The notes beneath the pieces were generated by a model. The model had not been told where the DNA came from and made no database searches. It was given only the letters and a program-made list of their open reading frames with translations. Source: Parcubacteria group bacterium (lineage in GTDB: Bacteria; Patescibacteriota; Minisyncoccia; Moranbacterales; UBA11712). Taken from it: a stretch of 64,000 bases of DNA. Position 1 is the first letter of the stretch. Each line of letters begins with the position of its first letter. Position numbers and translations under genes: made by a program. Of this stretch, positions 49,248 through 58,395 are shown one piece after another. The DNA lies in assembly GCA_041659685.1 (NCBI GenBank), contig JBAZXV010000001.1, forward strand, positions 178,771 to 242,770, written 5' to 3'.

Positions 49248-49814
49248 CTAAAACGGCGAAACAAAATCCTTAAAAAACTGCAGTTTTTCGTCCTTGCCCG
49301 ACAAAACCGGGTTTTCAATCGGCCAATCTATATTCAAAGTCGGATCATTCCAAATGATTCCGCTTTCCGCTTCCGGCGCATATAAATTATCCACCTTATA
49401 CATAAATTCCGTGTTGTCTTCAAGCGTGCAATAGGCATGGGCAAATCCGCGCGGGACAAAAAGCATCTTGGAGTTATCCCCGCCTGCCGGCGAGGCCGGG
49501 GCCGAAAGTTCAAATCCTTCCCATTTCCCGAATGTGGGCGAGTCTTTGCGAAGGTCAACAATCACGTCATAAACCTTGCCTCTTGTCACCCGCACCAATT
49601 TCGCCTGCGCATTTGGCGGAAGCTGGAAATGAAGCCCCCGAAGAACTCCTTTTTTCACTGAAAGAGAATGGTTATCCTGGACAAATCTTGAAACGATTCC
49701 TTTTTCAGAAAACACATTCTCACTGTACGACTCAAGAAAAAAACCTCGCTCGTCGCGAAATACTTTTGGTTTGATTAAGTATGCGCCCTTAAGAGTGGTT
49801 TCAATAAATTCCAT
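49248..49814 (-). CDS. rmlC: dTDP-4-dehydrorhamnose 3,5-epimerase
   Basis: RGFFLESY, GLHFQ and a cupin fold. Confidence 0.85.
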   Translation of the reverse strand: MEFIETTLKGAYLIKPKVFRDERGFFLESYSENVFSEKGIVSRFVQDNHSLSVKKGVLRGLHFQLPPNAQAKLVRVTRGKVYDVIVDLRKDSPTFGKWEGFELSAPASPAGGDNSKMLFVPRGFAHAYCTLEDNTEFMYKVDNLYAPEAESGIIWNDPTLNIDWPIENPVLSGKDEKLQFFKDFVSPF

Positions 49815-49913
49815 ACAAAATAATACTACTCTATCTCGTAAAAAAAATCAAAAATCAGCCGTGAGCTGATTTATTGAATGATTATCGCGAAGCGATGGCT
49901 TAACTTTTACTTT

Positions 49914-50772
49914 CTAAAGCTCTCCCCGCATCAGCTTGTTGAGCCGCTCCTTCACTTCTGCATCGCTCGGTTCGCCTGTTTCTCCGGTTGAAACCACCGT
50001 TTTTTCCTGATCGCTTTCCGCTATCGGAAGATTGGACGGAGCGACATTCTGCATATCCCGCGAAGTAATAATCGGTTCGGGAGCCTCTTCCTTTTTCGTC
50101 ACAGCCGAAGTTTCCGCTTCAGACATCTTAAAAACTTTTTTTTCCGGCACAATAACCGGCGAAATTAATGTTTCCGCTGATTCTTTTTTCACTGCAATCT
50201 CGTCTGGAAAATCACTGCTGCCGCGCGGCATCCCGAACGCTTCAGAAAACAGCCAGAAAAGAAAATACAGCAGAAATCCAATGCCGAATCCCCAGCCGAC
50301 ATTTCGGATTACGTCCGGCTTGACCGGGCTCTGAGAAACTTGCGGATCGCTTACGAGTATATATTTAAACGGCGATCCGCCGTAAAGATCTCTCGCATGG
50401 GACGCGATTTTTTCCGGCAAACCGGAAATAACATCTTCTGCCGGTTTTATATCCGCTTCTCCCGCCAGAAAAATAACGGTAATCGTCGAAGAATTTGAAC
50501 TAAGCTCCGTATGGTCGTAATCCTTTGCATCGCTTCCCAGAATATTACCCTTGAAGCTGGGACTATTCATCATTTCTGCCGTGTTTCCCGCCTCAAGATA
50601 GAGATTCTGTCCGGCGGTTGCCGAGTTTCCGGACGGAACAATTACGATCTTTCCGGTTACCTGCCAGTATTTTGTGACAAAGAGCGAGTATAAACGCTGC
50701 CAGCGCAAAAATCAAGGCGGCGAATATCGCCCGGCTAAGTAAAATTTTAAATTGGCCTTGCTGCTGAGGCAT
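49914..50772 (-). CDS. Wzz-like polysaccharide chain-length determinant with an apparent frameshift near 50675-50690 (possible pseudogene or sequencing error)
   Basis: ATG at 50772 opens MPQQQGQFKILLSRAIFAALIFALAAFILAL (a TM anchor). This joins the 49914..50708 frame (FVTKYWQVTGKIVIVPSG...second TM NVGWGFGIGFLLYFLFWLF) only via a 1-nt shift at an AAA homopolymer. Confidence 0.45.
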
Positions 50773-50795
50773 AATTATATGTTATCTAAAAAATA

Positions 50796-51992
50796 TTAAA
50801 GCCATGTGCCGCGCCTGGGGGCGAGAAATTGTTTGCCTTTCCCCGCATTCGCCTTTTCCCGCTTTTCAAGGACAACTTGATGATACACGCTCTCTATTTC
50901 GTCAACGATCTTATCCCAATTATACTCTTCTTTCACCATCCGGCGAGCCTTTTCCCCCATCGCTTTCGCTTTCAGGGGATGATTTACCAGATATTCAAAC
51001 TTGCTCATAAGGTCAAACGTATCCCCCACCCGAAAAACGAATCCGTTCTCATGGATAGCAGAAAGGTTCTCCGGAATATCGCTGACAAGCGGAGCAAGTC
51101 CCATCCCCATGGATTCGAGAAGCGCGAGCGACAAACCTTCCGCGCGCGATGGCTGGGCATAAAAAGCCGCGTTTTTATAGAGAGCCGCCAATTTTTCGCC
51201 TCTCTGCACACCCGCAAAAACGATGTCTTTCCGGCCCCGAATCATAGCCTTGAGCTCTCGGACATAGTCATCCGTATAGCTTCCTCCCCCGGCGACTACC
51301 AGCTTGAACTCTTTATCGATTTTTTCCTGAGCCTTGAGATTGATAAAAGCCTGAATAAGGGTGTGAATTTCCTTGTGGGCAACCAAACGGCTGACAGCTA
51401 AAGCGTATTTATTCTTCTTCAGCGGCCATTTTTTGAAAACATCCAGCGAAGACGCCTTTTTAAACACAGTGACGCCGTTGGGAATCACAAGGGAATCCCT
51501 TCCATATTTTTCCAGACCGATATTTCTCAAATGATCCGTAACAGAGATTGTCTTATCGGGAACATTAAGGATAATTCTTTCCCCCAGCCGCAGATAGGCC
51601 CGGGCTATGAATCCCCATTTATGATGCTCATAATCCTGAGACTGATAAGTCGAAACGACAGCGGTCCTGCCGCAAAAAATTTTTGGAATAAAAGAAAGGG
51701 TCGACGGTCCCAGAGAATGATAATGGATCACATCGTAATCCTGGAAAAGGGCATGGATCGTGGAAAGAAGAGTGTGGGAAATCGCATCAAGATGCTTCGT
51801 CTTGATGGTTGGTATATGAACCAGCTTTACTCCCTTGTAGCTTTTTAAGTTTTTGGGAGTATAATAGTCCCTCACATACACAAAAACCTCGTGGCCTTTT
51901 TTCGCCATCCGGACAGCCACTTCGTCCACATATCTTTCCACGCCTCCAATCTTGGCGGGAATTCCTTTTTGTCCTATGTATGCAAGCTTCAT
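50796..51992 (-). CDS. Glycosyltransferase family 4
   Basis: MKLAYIGQKGIPAKIGGVERYV N-terminus and a C-terminal GT4 fold. Confidence 0.75.
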   Translation of the reverse strand: MKLAYIGQKGIPAKIGGVERYVDEVAVRMAKKGHEVFVYVRDYYTPKNLKSYKGVKLVHIPTIKTKHLDAISHTLLSTIHALFQDYDVIHYHSLGPSTLSFIPKIFCGRTAVVSTYQSQDYEHHKWGFIARAYLRLGERIILNVPDKTISVTDHLRNIGLEKYGRDSLVIPNGVTVFKKASSLDVFKKWPLKKNKYALAVSRLVAHKEIHTLIQAFINLKAQEKIDKEFKLVVAGGGSYTDDYVRELKAMIRGRKDIVFAGVQRGEKLAALYKNAAFYAQPSRAEGLSLALLESMGMGLAPLVSDIPENLSAIHENGFVFRVGDTFDLMSKFEYLVNHPLKAKAMGEKARRMVKEEYNWDKIVDEIESVYHQVVLEKREKANAGKGKQFLAPRRGTWL

Positions 51993-52054
51993 AAAATTGC
52001 AAATTTGCCTTCCTTATAAGATTCTACGCCAGGCAAACGATAAACTTTGAATCA

Positions 52055-52663
52055 TTAGGGCTTTACGTAAAAATCCTGAGCATTGGAATTATTTTCTCCA
52101 TCCGTCACAAAAACAGAGTATGTCTTGTCTTTCGCAACATTGGGAACCGCGACACGAATAGTTTTGTTTGATCGCTTGATGATCTTTGCGCTCTCGCTTC
52201 CGAACTTTACTGATATATTCCTTTTGTTGAAATTAATCCCCTTTATTTCCAGTTTGTCTCCAACGCTTCCCTTGTAGTAATCGTTTTTATTGGAAATATT
52301 TTTTATCCGGTAAAGCTGAGGGCCCGGATACGTCACAAAAAATTTCATCGATTTTGTGCAAGCGCCGACATCCTTGCAAACCCGCACCCGGTATGTGTTT
52401 CCGAGCTCCACTTCCGGAACATAAACATAGATTTTTTTCTTGCTCCATTTCTTCACTTCGGCATTAGTGTCCCCGAATTTCACCTGTCCTTCTTCGTTTC
52501 CAAAATCTTTCCCGGATATCTTAATCAGCTTTCCCGGCGAGCCTTTGTATGCGGAAAATTTGTACAGTCTCGGACATTTGGCCGCCCCTGCATTTTGGAC
52601 GGATCCAACCAAAAAAGAACCGGCTAAAATTAGCGCTATGGCGGTTTTTCTTAGTTTTACCAT
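52055..52663 (-). CDS. Secreted protein with two IPT/TIG-like domains
   Basis: Signal peptide and repeated segments (KISGKDFGNEEGQVKFGDTNAEVKKWSKKKIYVYVP / KGINFNKRNISVKFGSESAKIIKRSNKTIRVAVP). Confidence 0.45.
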   Translation of the reverse strand: MVKLRKTAIALILAGSFLVGSVQNAGAAKCPRLYKFSAYKGSPGKLIKISGKDFGNEEGQVKFGDTNAEVKKWSKKKIYVYVPEVELGNTYRVRVCKDVGACTKSMKFFVTYPGPQLYRIKNISNKNDYYKGSVGDKLEIKGINFNKRNISVKFGSESAKIIKRSNKTIRVAVPNVAKDKTYSVFVTDGENNSNAQDFYVKP

Positions 52664-52710
52664 AAGTTTATATTACTTATTAATAAATATTAATAAATTG
52701 ACATTTCAGG

Positions 52711-54000
52711 CTAGCAAACAGACCGAAAAATGTCAATTATATCGCGATTATATTTTTCTGGGTTGAATTTTTCAGCCGGAAACTCAAAATTCGGCTTATT
52801 TCCCGATGCATATGCCATTATTTTGTCCTTAAATTCCTTTTGATTATTCGCCAGATAACCGTTTTGGCCATTTTCTATTATTTCGTCGTATCCTCCGGTT
52901 TTATAACCGACAAAGGGCTTTCCTGCGCTGATCGCTTCAAGTGCAATCAGTCCAAAAGTTTCCGGAAGCCGTGAAGCGGAAACAACGAAAACCGATTCCT
53001 GAATCAATTTATTTAACTCGATATTATTTTTAAAACCGGCATATTCCGTATTTGCGCAAAGCGGAATGTCGAAGCCGCTCTCTTTACTGCCTGCTAGAAC
53101 TAATTTTATCGGCATATCCCTGAAAATCTCGGTCAACTCATCGATATTTTTTTCTTTAGAGATGCGGCCGAAATAGAGAGCGAATTTTTCCCCGCCCGCG
53201 GCTGGCGCGGAATGCGCATTCCGGATATTCGCGAAATGAGGCAGAACTTTAATTTTGCCTTCGGAAAAGCCCGCCTGGACAAGAATATTTCTTACAAACC
53301 GGCTCGGAGCGATGAACAAATCGACATTTTTTTCATAAATGCCGAGCCAACGATGAAAATAAATTCCTAAAACGCTTATTAAGCTTTTAAGATAAGAATT
53401 TTTCACGCATTTTTTCGGAACGCAGTGCCAGTATTTTCCAGCGACGCACTTTTCGCAATAAGGCTTTTCGTCCGCCTTTGCAGAAAAATATTGTTTTTCT
53501 GCGGATTTTTCAGACCCTGAAATTATGTTCTGCTCCGGCGAATGTTCGCCGCAACGGTTCTTTTGCGGTTTATCCCCTGCAACTTCGCAGTTTAAAAGAT
53601 AATTCGGACAAATTAGCTTCCAGTCATGGACAGTCATAACAATCGGAATTCCTCGTTTTTTTATTTCAGGAAGAATTGAGGGGGAAATTTGATGGTAAAT
53701 ATTATGAATATGGACGACATCCGGCCGAAATTCATCCAGAATTTTTGCAATTTTTCGCCTGGCTTCAAATGACCAAAAAATGCGGAGTCCGCCTTTGATT
53801 TTATTTATCGCGCCGCCGTTTTCATAGTCCACCCGGCTGACAAAATGATTTGAAAAATCCGAATGCAGATTTTTCGGATGGCTCATTGAAAAAACAGCGG
53901 CTTCATTTCCGTTTGAATTCAGCAGCTTCACGAGATCGACAAAATGCTTGTCGGCTCCGCCTCGGACATGGTTGAATTTATTGATTTCAAGGATTTTCAT
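52711..54000 (-). CDS. Glycosyltransferase family 4 with a Cys-rich insertion
   Basis: MKILEINKFNHVRGGADKHFVDL N-terminus, a C-terminal GT4 fold, and a CxxC...CxxC insert. Confidence 0.7.
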   Translation of the reverse strand: MKILEINKFNHVRGGADKHFVDLVKLLNSNGNEAAVFSMSHPKNLHSDFSNHFVSRVDYENGGAINKIKGGLRIFWSFEARRKIAKILDEFRPDVVHIHNIYHQISPSILPEIKKRGIPIVMTVHDWKLICPNYLLNCEVAGDKPQKNRCGEHSPEQNIISGSEKSAEKQYFSAKADEKPYCEKCVAGKYWHCVPKKCVKNSYLKSLISVLGIYFHRWLGIYEKNVDLFIAPSRFVRNILVQAGFSEGKIKVLPHFANIRNAHSAPAAGGEKFALYFGRISKEKNIDELTEIFRDMPIKLVLAGSKESGFDIPLCANTEYAGFKNNIELNKLIQESVFVVSASRLPETFGLIALEAISAGKPFVGYKTGGYDEIIENGQNGYLANNQKEFKDKIMAYASGNKPNFEFPAEKFNPEKYNRDIIDIFRSVC

Positions 54001-55523
54001 TTGTTTTCTTTTGTGTGAATATTTTTGTTTATTTCTTCCGGATAGCCTCCCAGAACAGCCAGTCCTCCAAGGATAATCCAAAAGAATACTGCCAGAAGAT
54101 TCGTTTCAAGATAGGTTTGAAATAAAAAGGCGATCAGATAATTTATAAACAATACTACAAAAACCACTTGAAAAAATTTTATCTCAGCGTTTCCCGCCGG
54201 CCCTTTTCTAGGCTTTCTGATATTGGAATAGAGCGGCCTGAATATTGAATAAAATATCGCGGTTATGAGGGCAATGCTCCAAATTCCCATTTGGATAAAC
54301 ATCGTGAGAAGGGAATTATGGATATTTCGCACTTCAATAAAATCTTTGTATTTCAGCCCAATCTCAACGGAAACCATTTTTCCGTAGCCCAATCCAAAAA
54401 TCAGCGAATGCTGAAAGTCCGTCCAGGCCGCCTCCCAAACGGATTTGCGCCAATTGAGGCTTTCATCGGAACTGACTTGCGCCGTGGAAACAAATCTTTG
54501 TCCGGCCACTCCGGCCGCTCCCCTGAAAACTTTGGAAACTCCGGATTGGGGGAAGATAAAGGATATGTAGGCGGCCAGAATAAACAGCACGGCCCCGAAA
54601 AAAGCGTAATGAAGAAGCATGGTCTTTAAGGTCTTGCTGTTTTTTTGAGGAAGAAGATAAAAAAGAAATAAGACGGAAATAAAAAGGCTTATCCAAAGAT
54701 GGCGCATGAGAGACCCGATAATGCCCGCGGTCCAGATTGGAATAAGGGCATATAAAAATTTATTGACTTTTGATTTTTTAAAACTCAGCCAGACAAAAGA
54801 GGCCAGCAAAGCCATTGAGAAATAAAAAGCGTGCGGAAAAGCCAAAATTCTTGTCCCCGGAGTGGAAAGAGGGGTAAATTCCGTCCAAAGGCCTTCGCCG
54901 CGGATAATCCCTATGAAAATGAAAATGGATGCGGCGGATGCGGCGGCCAAAAAAAACTTAAGGAGCTGAAAAATTTTTTCTCTTTCACTGAACAGGAAAA
55001 TAAAGGCAAAATAGAAAAGTCCGTAGAAAGAATAATTCTTGAATGTGCTGAAAGCGATGGCTTCGTCGGCGTGAAGAAAAAAAGCGCTCGCGAGAAAATA
55101 AACCGCGCTCGCGAGAATGAAGATTGCAATCAAATAGTCAACAATTTTCAGTTTCCTCGGCAAGCCGTTTTTTATGATCTGATAAATCGTTCCCAGCATC
55201 ACGCCGGCAAACAGGATGTCAATGGGGTATATTTTATATTCCGTCCGGTTCCAATATATCGGAACCAAAGTGAAAAATCTTTCGAAAATCACGGTCAGAA
55301 AAACAATGGCATAAAATCCGCTTCTTGGAAAAACAATCGAAAGCGCAAAACCGGCAGCCATTGCAAAAAAATAGATCGGGAAATTGAACCCGGCAACAAA
55401 ATTAGCCAGAATAAAAAGCGAAACCGCCGCAATAATGAAAACAGCGGTGGAGGTTTCTATGAATTCGCTTTTAGCGATTTTGACTGAAATAGTTCGCATA
55501 ATGTTGGGTATATTTTTTCGCAA
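53997..55523 (-). CDS. O-antigen ligase/polymerase-like multi-pass membrane protein
   Basis: More than 10 predicted TM helices and a Wzy_C-like region. It sits in the glycan locus. Confidence 0.55.
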   Translation of the reverse strand: MRKNIPNIMRTISVKIAKSEFIETSTAVFIIAAVSLFILANFVAGFNFPIYFFAMAAGFALSIVFPRSGFYAIVFLTVIFERFFTLVPIYWNRTEYKIYPIDILFAGVMLGTIYQIIKNGLPRKLKIVDYLIAIFILASAVYFLASAFFLHADEAIAFSTFKNYSFYGLFYFAFIFLFSEREKIFQLLKFFLAAASAASIFIFIGIIRGEGLWTEFTPLSTPGTRILAFPHAFYFSMALLASFVWLSFKKSKVNKFLYALIPIWTAGIIGSLMRHLWISLFISVLFLFYLLPQKNSKTLKTMLLHYAFFGAVLFILAAYISFIFPQSGVSKVFRGAAGVAGQRFVSTAQVSSDESLNWRKSVWEAAWTDFQHSLIFGLGYGKMVSVEIGLKYKDFIEVRNIHNSLLTMFIQMGIWSIALITAIFYSIFRPLYSNIRKPRKGPAGNAEIKFFQVVFVVLFINYLIAFLFQTYLETNLLAVFFWIILGGLAVLGGYPEEINKNIHTKENK

Positions 55524-55630
55524 TTGATAATTTTCAGAATTTTATGGAAACAAGCGGTGCTTTTTATTTCCATGAAACTCTGCCTCTCCCGCGGCATTGC
55601 TGCAGGAGAGGAGGCCTAAGGTACATTGGG

Positions 55631-56083
55631 TTATTTGCGCTTACGCCCGAATGGATCAGGCGTGACTTTCCAGGCGGTGACGAAGAACTCCTGGGCAGCA
55701 TAATCCCCTGTGACGGGACTGATGACGCCAACCTGGATCTTGGCCCATTTCACGGCACCGAAATCAAACTTGAGGATGTAGGTGTTGCCACCCGCATACT
55801 CAACCTTGCCGTCTTTCCAGTCGCCGTCGATATTATAGCGGGCGACCACGAAATCCCAATGGACCCGACGATCAAACTCGATCGCCATGCGGTAGCAAGT
55901 AATCCCGGAAACTGGCCCTGGTTCATTGTCTGGCCAGAGACCCTTCACAGTCCCCATAATTTGCCATCTGGGCATATCGTCCACGTATCTCACCCAGCTA
56001 AAGTCGGCCGCTTGACTACAGACTGCCCCGGCCAGCAAGAGAGCAAACCACACAAACAAGCAGACTATGCATTTTTTAAACAT
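55631..56083 (-). CDS. Hypothetical secreted protein, possibly a lipoprotein, in the GC-rich island
   Basis: Signal peptide LLLAGAVCSQA and high GC. Confidence 0.4.
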   Translation of the reverse strand: MFKKCIVCLFVWFALLLAGAVCSQAADFSWVRYVDDMPRWQIMGTVKGLWPDNEPGPVSGITCYRMAIEFDRRVHWDFVVARYNIDGDWKDGKVEYAGGNTYILKFDFGAVKWAKIQVGVISPVTGDYAAQEFFVTAWKVTPDPFGRKRK

Positions 56084-56101
56084 AACTCACAACCTCGCAG
56101 T

Positions 56102-56614
56102 TTATTGAATTTCAATATTGATGTTGCCGCCGCCGTTTTCCATGGTGACAGCTATGCCATACATCCCAAAGGCCAAGTCTGAGTTGGTTCCCCAGTATTT
56201 CATGACCTTTTCAGGCCAAAAGGAGAAGAGAAACATTCTCTCGACATCCAGAGCATCGTTGACATTCGCTCCCCGAGCAGATGCCACATAAACAAGAGAT
56301 GTTTTGATGAGGTCTTTAGCCGCCTTTTGATCCGGTGGCATCGAGGCAAAGAGGGACTTTATTTTCTTCCCCGTTTCATCCGCGGTCATAATGACCGTGA
56401 TCCTGCCGCCAATGGTCATTTTCTGAAAAGACCGCGATTCCGAATACCAGTGTCCGCTGGTGAATTCGAAACCCTGCTCTAAAAAGGATCCGGTCGCCAG
56501 AATCGCCGAATGGGTCAAGCTGCCGACTTTTTCTTCACTGGCATTGGAAATATTCGCCAGGCAGAAAGTCGCGATGAGGACCATAATAGAAATTAAAAGA
56601 GCCGATTTTTTCAT
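56102..56614 (-). CDS. Hypothetical secreted protein in the GC-rich island
   Basis: Signal peptide MKKSALLISIMVLIATFCLA. Confidence 0.4.
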   Translation of the reverse strand: MKKSALLISIMVLIATFCLANISNASEEKVGSLTHSAILATGSFLEQGFEFTSGHWYSESRSFQKMTIGGRITVIMTADETGKKIKSLFASMPPDQKAAKDLIKTSLVYVASARGANVNDALDVERMFLFSFWPEKVMKYWGTNSDLAFGMYGIAVTMENGGGNINIEIQ

Positions 56615-57042
56615 GGTTTACCTCTTCATTTAGAATATTCGGGAAAGATAGGCTTATCTCCCGAAAGATGCGCTTAAGGAAGCGAATTTTTCGAAAGATT
56701 AACTTTGTCCTCCTTTGCAGAACGCTATAAACGTAAACCCGCGAGTAGATGATAATGTTCTGCTTCGGCAGATTTCGCTCCGCCGAAGAATTAGAGAATG
56801 ACTTAGGAGCCAGTTCGCGGAGCTTCATTTTTTAACTCAATATAATATCATTTCGCCGCAAATTTGTCAAGTATTATTTTAGCTTATATAAGGCATTATT
56901 TTCTAATTTAGCATATATTTAATAAATTATCTATAATCTATCTCATGGATTTGCTTTAAGCAATAGGATCTTTCTCCAAAAACTTGCCATTCCTGGGCGT
57001 ATGGTTATAATGGGATATTAAAAAACAAAAGGAGGGCGAGGG

Positions 57043-57510
57043 ATGAAAAAATTTCATCTTTTGGTTTTTTTTCTTGTTCTTTTCAGCGCTTCCGCTCTCC
57101 GCTCCGAAACATCGGAAGAATTTTGGAGAGGGAAAGTAATTTTCGTCAACCAGTTGACCCAGGAGCTGATTACCTATCAGGACGGCAAAGAATTGCGCCG
57201 ATTCGATGTGATTATGGGAGACGCAAAATTCAAGACTCCGCAAGGAATTTACCGCGTGCAACACAAGGACCGGAAATATTGGTCCAATCAATACAGCACC
57301 TGGATGCCCAATTCTCTTTTTTTCATCTGGGACGAAAAAACCCGGATGGCCATCCACGCCGGTATTGTTCCGCTGAACAAGGAAATTACCCGCCAAAAAG
57401 CCACCCATGGATGCGTGCACGCGAGAAACAATGATGCGGAGTGGCTGTTCGACTGGGCGGAAGAAAAAGCAACCAAAATCATAATCTACGGGGATCGTTC
57501 CCAAGACTGA
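57043..57510 (+). CDS. L,D-transpeptidase (YkuD domain), secreted
   Basis: Signal peptide and the catalytic HAG...ATHGCVHA motif. The overlapping minus-strand ORF 56956..57504 is rejected. Confidence 0.7.
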   Translation: MKKFHLLVFFLVLFSASALRSETSEEFWRGKVIFVNQLTQELITYQDGKELRRFDVIMGDAKFKTPQGIYRVQHKDRKYWSNQYSTWMPNSLFFIWDEKTRMAIHAGIVPLNKEITRQKATHGCVHARNNDAEWLFDWAEEKATKIIIYGDRSQD

Positions 57511-57547
57511 CAGTCCTGATGTTGCATCAGGACTGTTTCATTTTTTC
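57511..57547 (+). terminator. Rho-independent terminator after the L,D-transpeptidase gene
   Basis: cagtcctgatg-ttg-catcaggactg followed by a T-rich run. Confidence 0.6.
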
Positions 57548-57818
57548 TCCTATTTTAATTTGTATCAGTAAACTAGTTTACTGGTTTGAAAAACCTAGAC
57601 ATCCGATGTCTTTTGACTTATGAATATTTATTCAGAAACTTTTTATAAGAAATAATTATTTTCGGTATCCTCAAGCGTTTGGACATCCAATGTCCAAAAT
57701 AGACAATTTTTCCAAATTAAAGAGCCGTATCAGTACTGACACGGCTCAATTTTTTCTTTGCCCCCTTTGTTACCTCCTTATGGGGGCGGTTATTTCGTGG
57801 CCGGGGTCCGGCCGGGGA

Positions 57819-58301
57819 TTACTTAACGTTCAGCGACGGTGGCCAGGGGTTGCCGTTGGGATCTAGTCCCCGGTCCTTGTCGGCATAGAGACCACCCTCC
57901 AGTTTGTAGACATATTGACCAGAGTTGACTGCGCCCAGGGATTCTACCGGAATCAACAGCCAGTATTTCCCGTGCTTAAACTGGATGCCGGTGTAAGAAC
58001 CCATATCAACCTTTTCGCCAGTCTTGACACTCCGGTTGGGCCCAAACAAGACCACCTCGGAGGGCTGCCAGCCTTGAGAATTCTTCACCGCGAAAGAAAT
58101 ACTGTTGCCTTCCTTGACGGCCGTAAATACGGTGCCCGCGGGCGGCAGAAACGTTTTGGACTTCGCGGTGTCAACCACGATTTTGACGTTACCTTGGGCC
58201 AAAGCCGTGGTCGTCATAAAGAACATGGAGGCGCAGAGCAGGACGCTCATGAAAACTCCGATACCCAAAATCTGCCACTCGGTTTTCCTTAATTTATTCA
58301 T
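57819..58301 (-). CDS. Hypothetical secreted protein
   Basis: GAGGAG Shine-Dalgarno sequence before the ATG at 58301, and a signal peptide MNKLRKTEWQILGIGVFMSVLLCASMFF. The upstream part of the ORF-track entry is probably not coding. Confidence 0.4.
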   Translation of the reverse strand: MNKLRKTEWQILGIGVFMSVLLCASMFFMTTTALAQGNVKIVVDTAKSKTFLPPAGTVFTAVKEGNSISFAVKNSQGWQPSEVVLFGPNRSVKTGEKVDMGSYTGIQFKHGKYWLLIPVESLGAVNSGQYVYKLEGGLYADKDRGLDPNGNPWPPSLNVK

Positions 58302-58395
58302 TACCGATCTCCTCTCAGTGTATTCCCCGCTAATGCAGGGAAGTTGTGTTCCGCGCCATTGGTTTTCACCTTTAGCGCGGAACGGGTTCATTGGG

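Noticed and set aside
56956-57504. Minus-strand 182-aa ORF antisense to the L,D-transpeptidase gene
   Set aside because: The plus-strand product has a signal peptide and the YkuD catalytic HxGC motif. The antisense ORF has no motif and a His/Pro/Gly-rich composition typical of a shadow ORF in GC-rich DNA.
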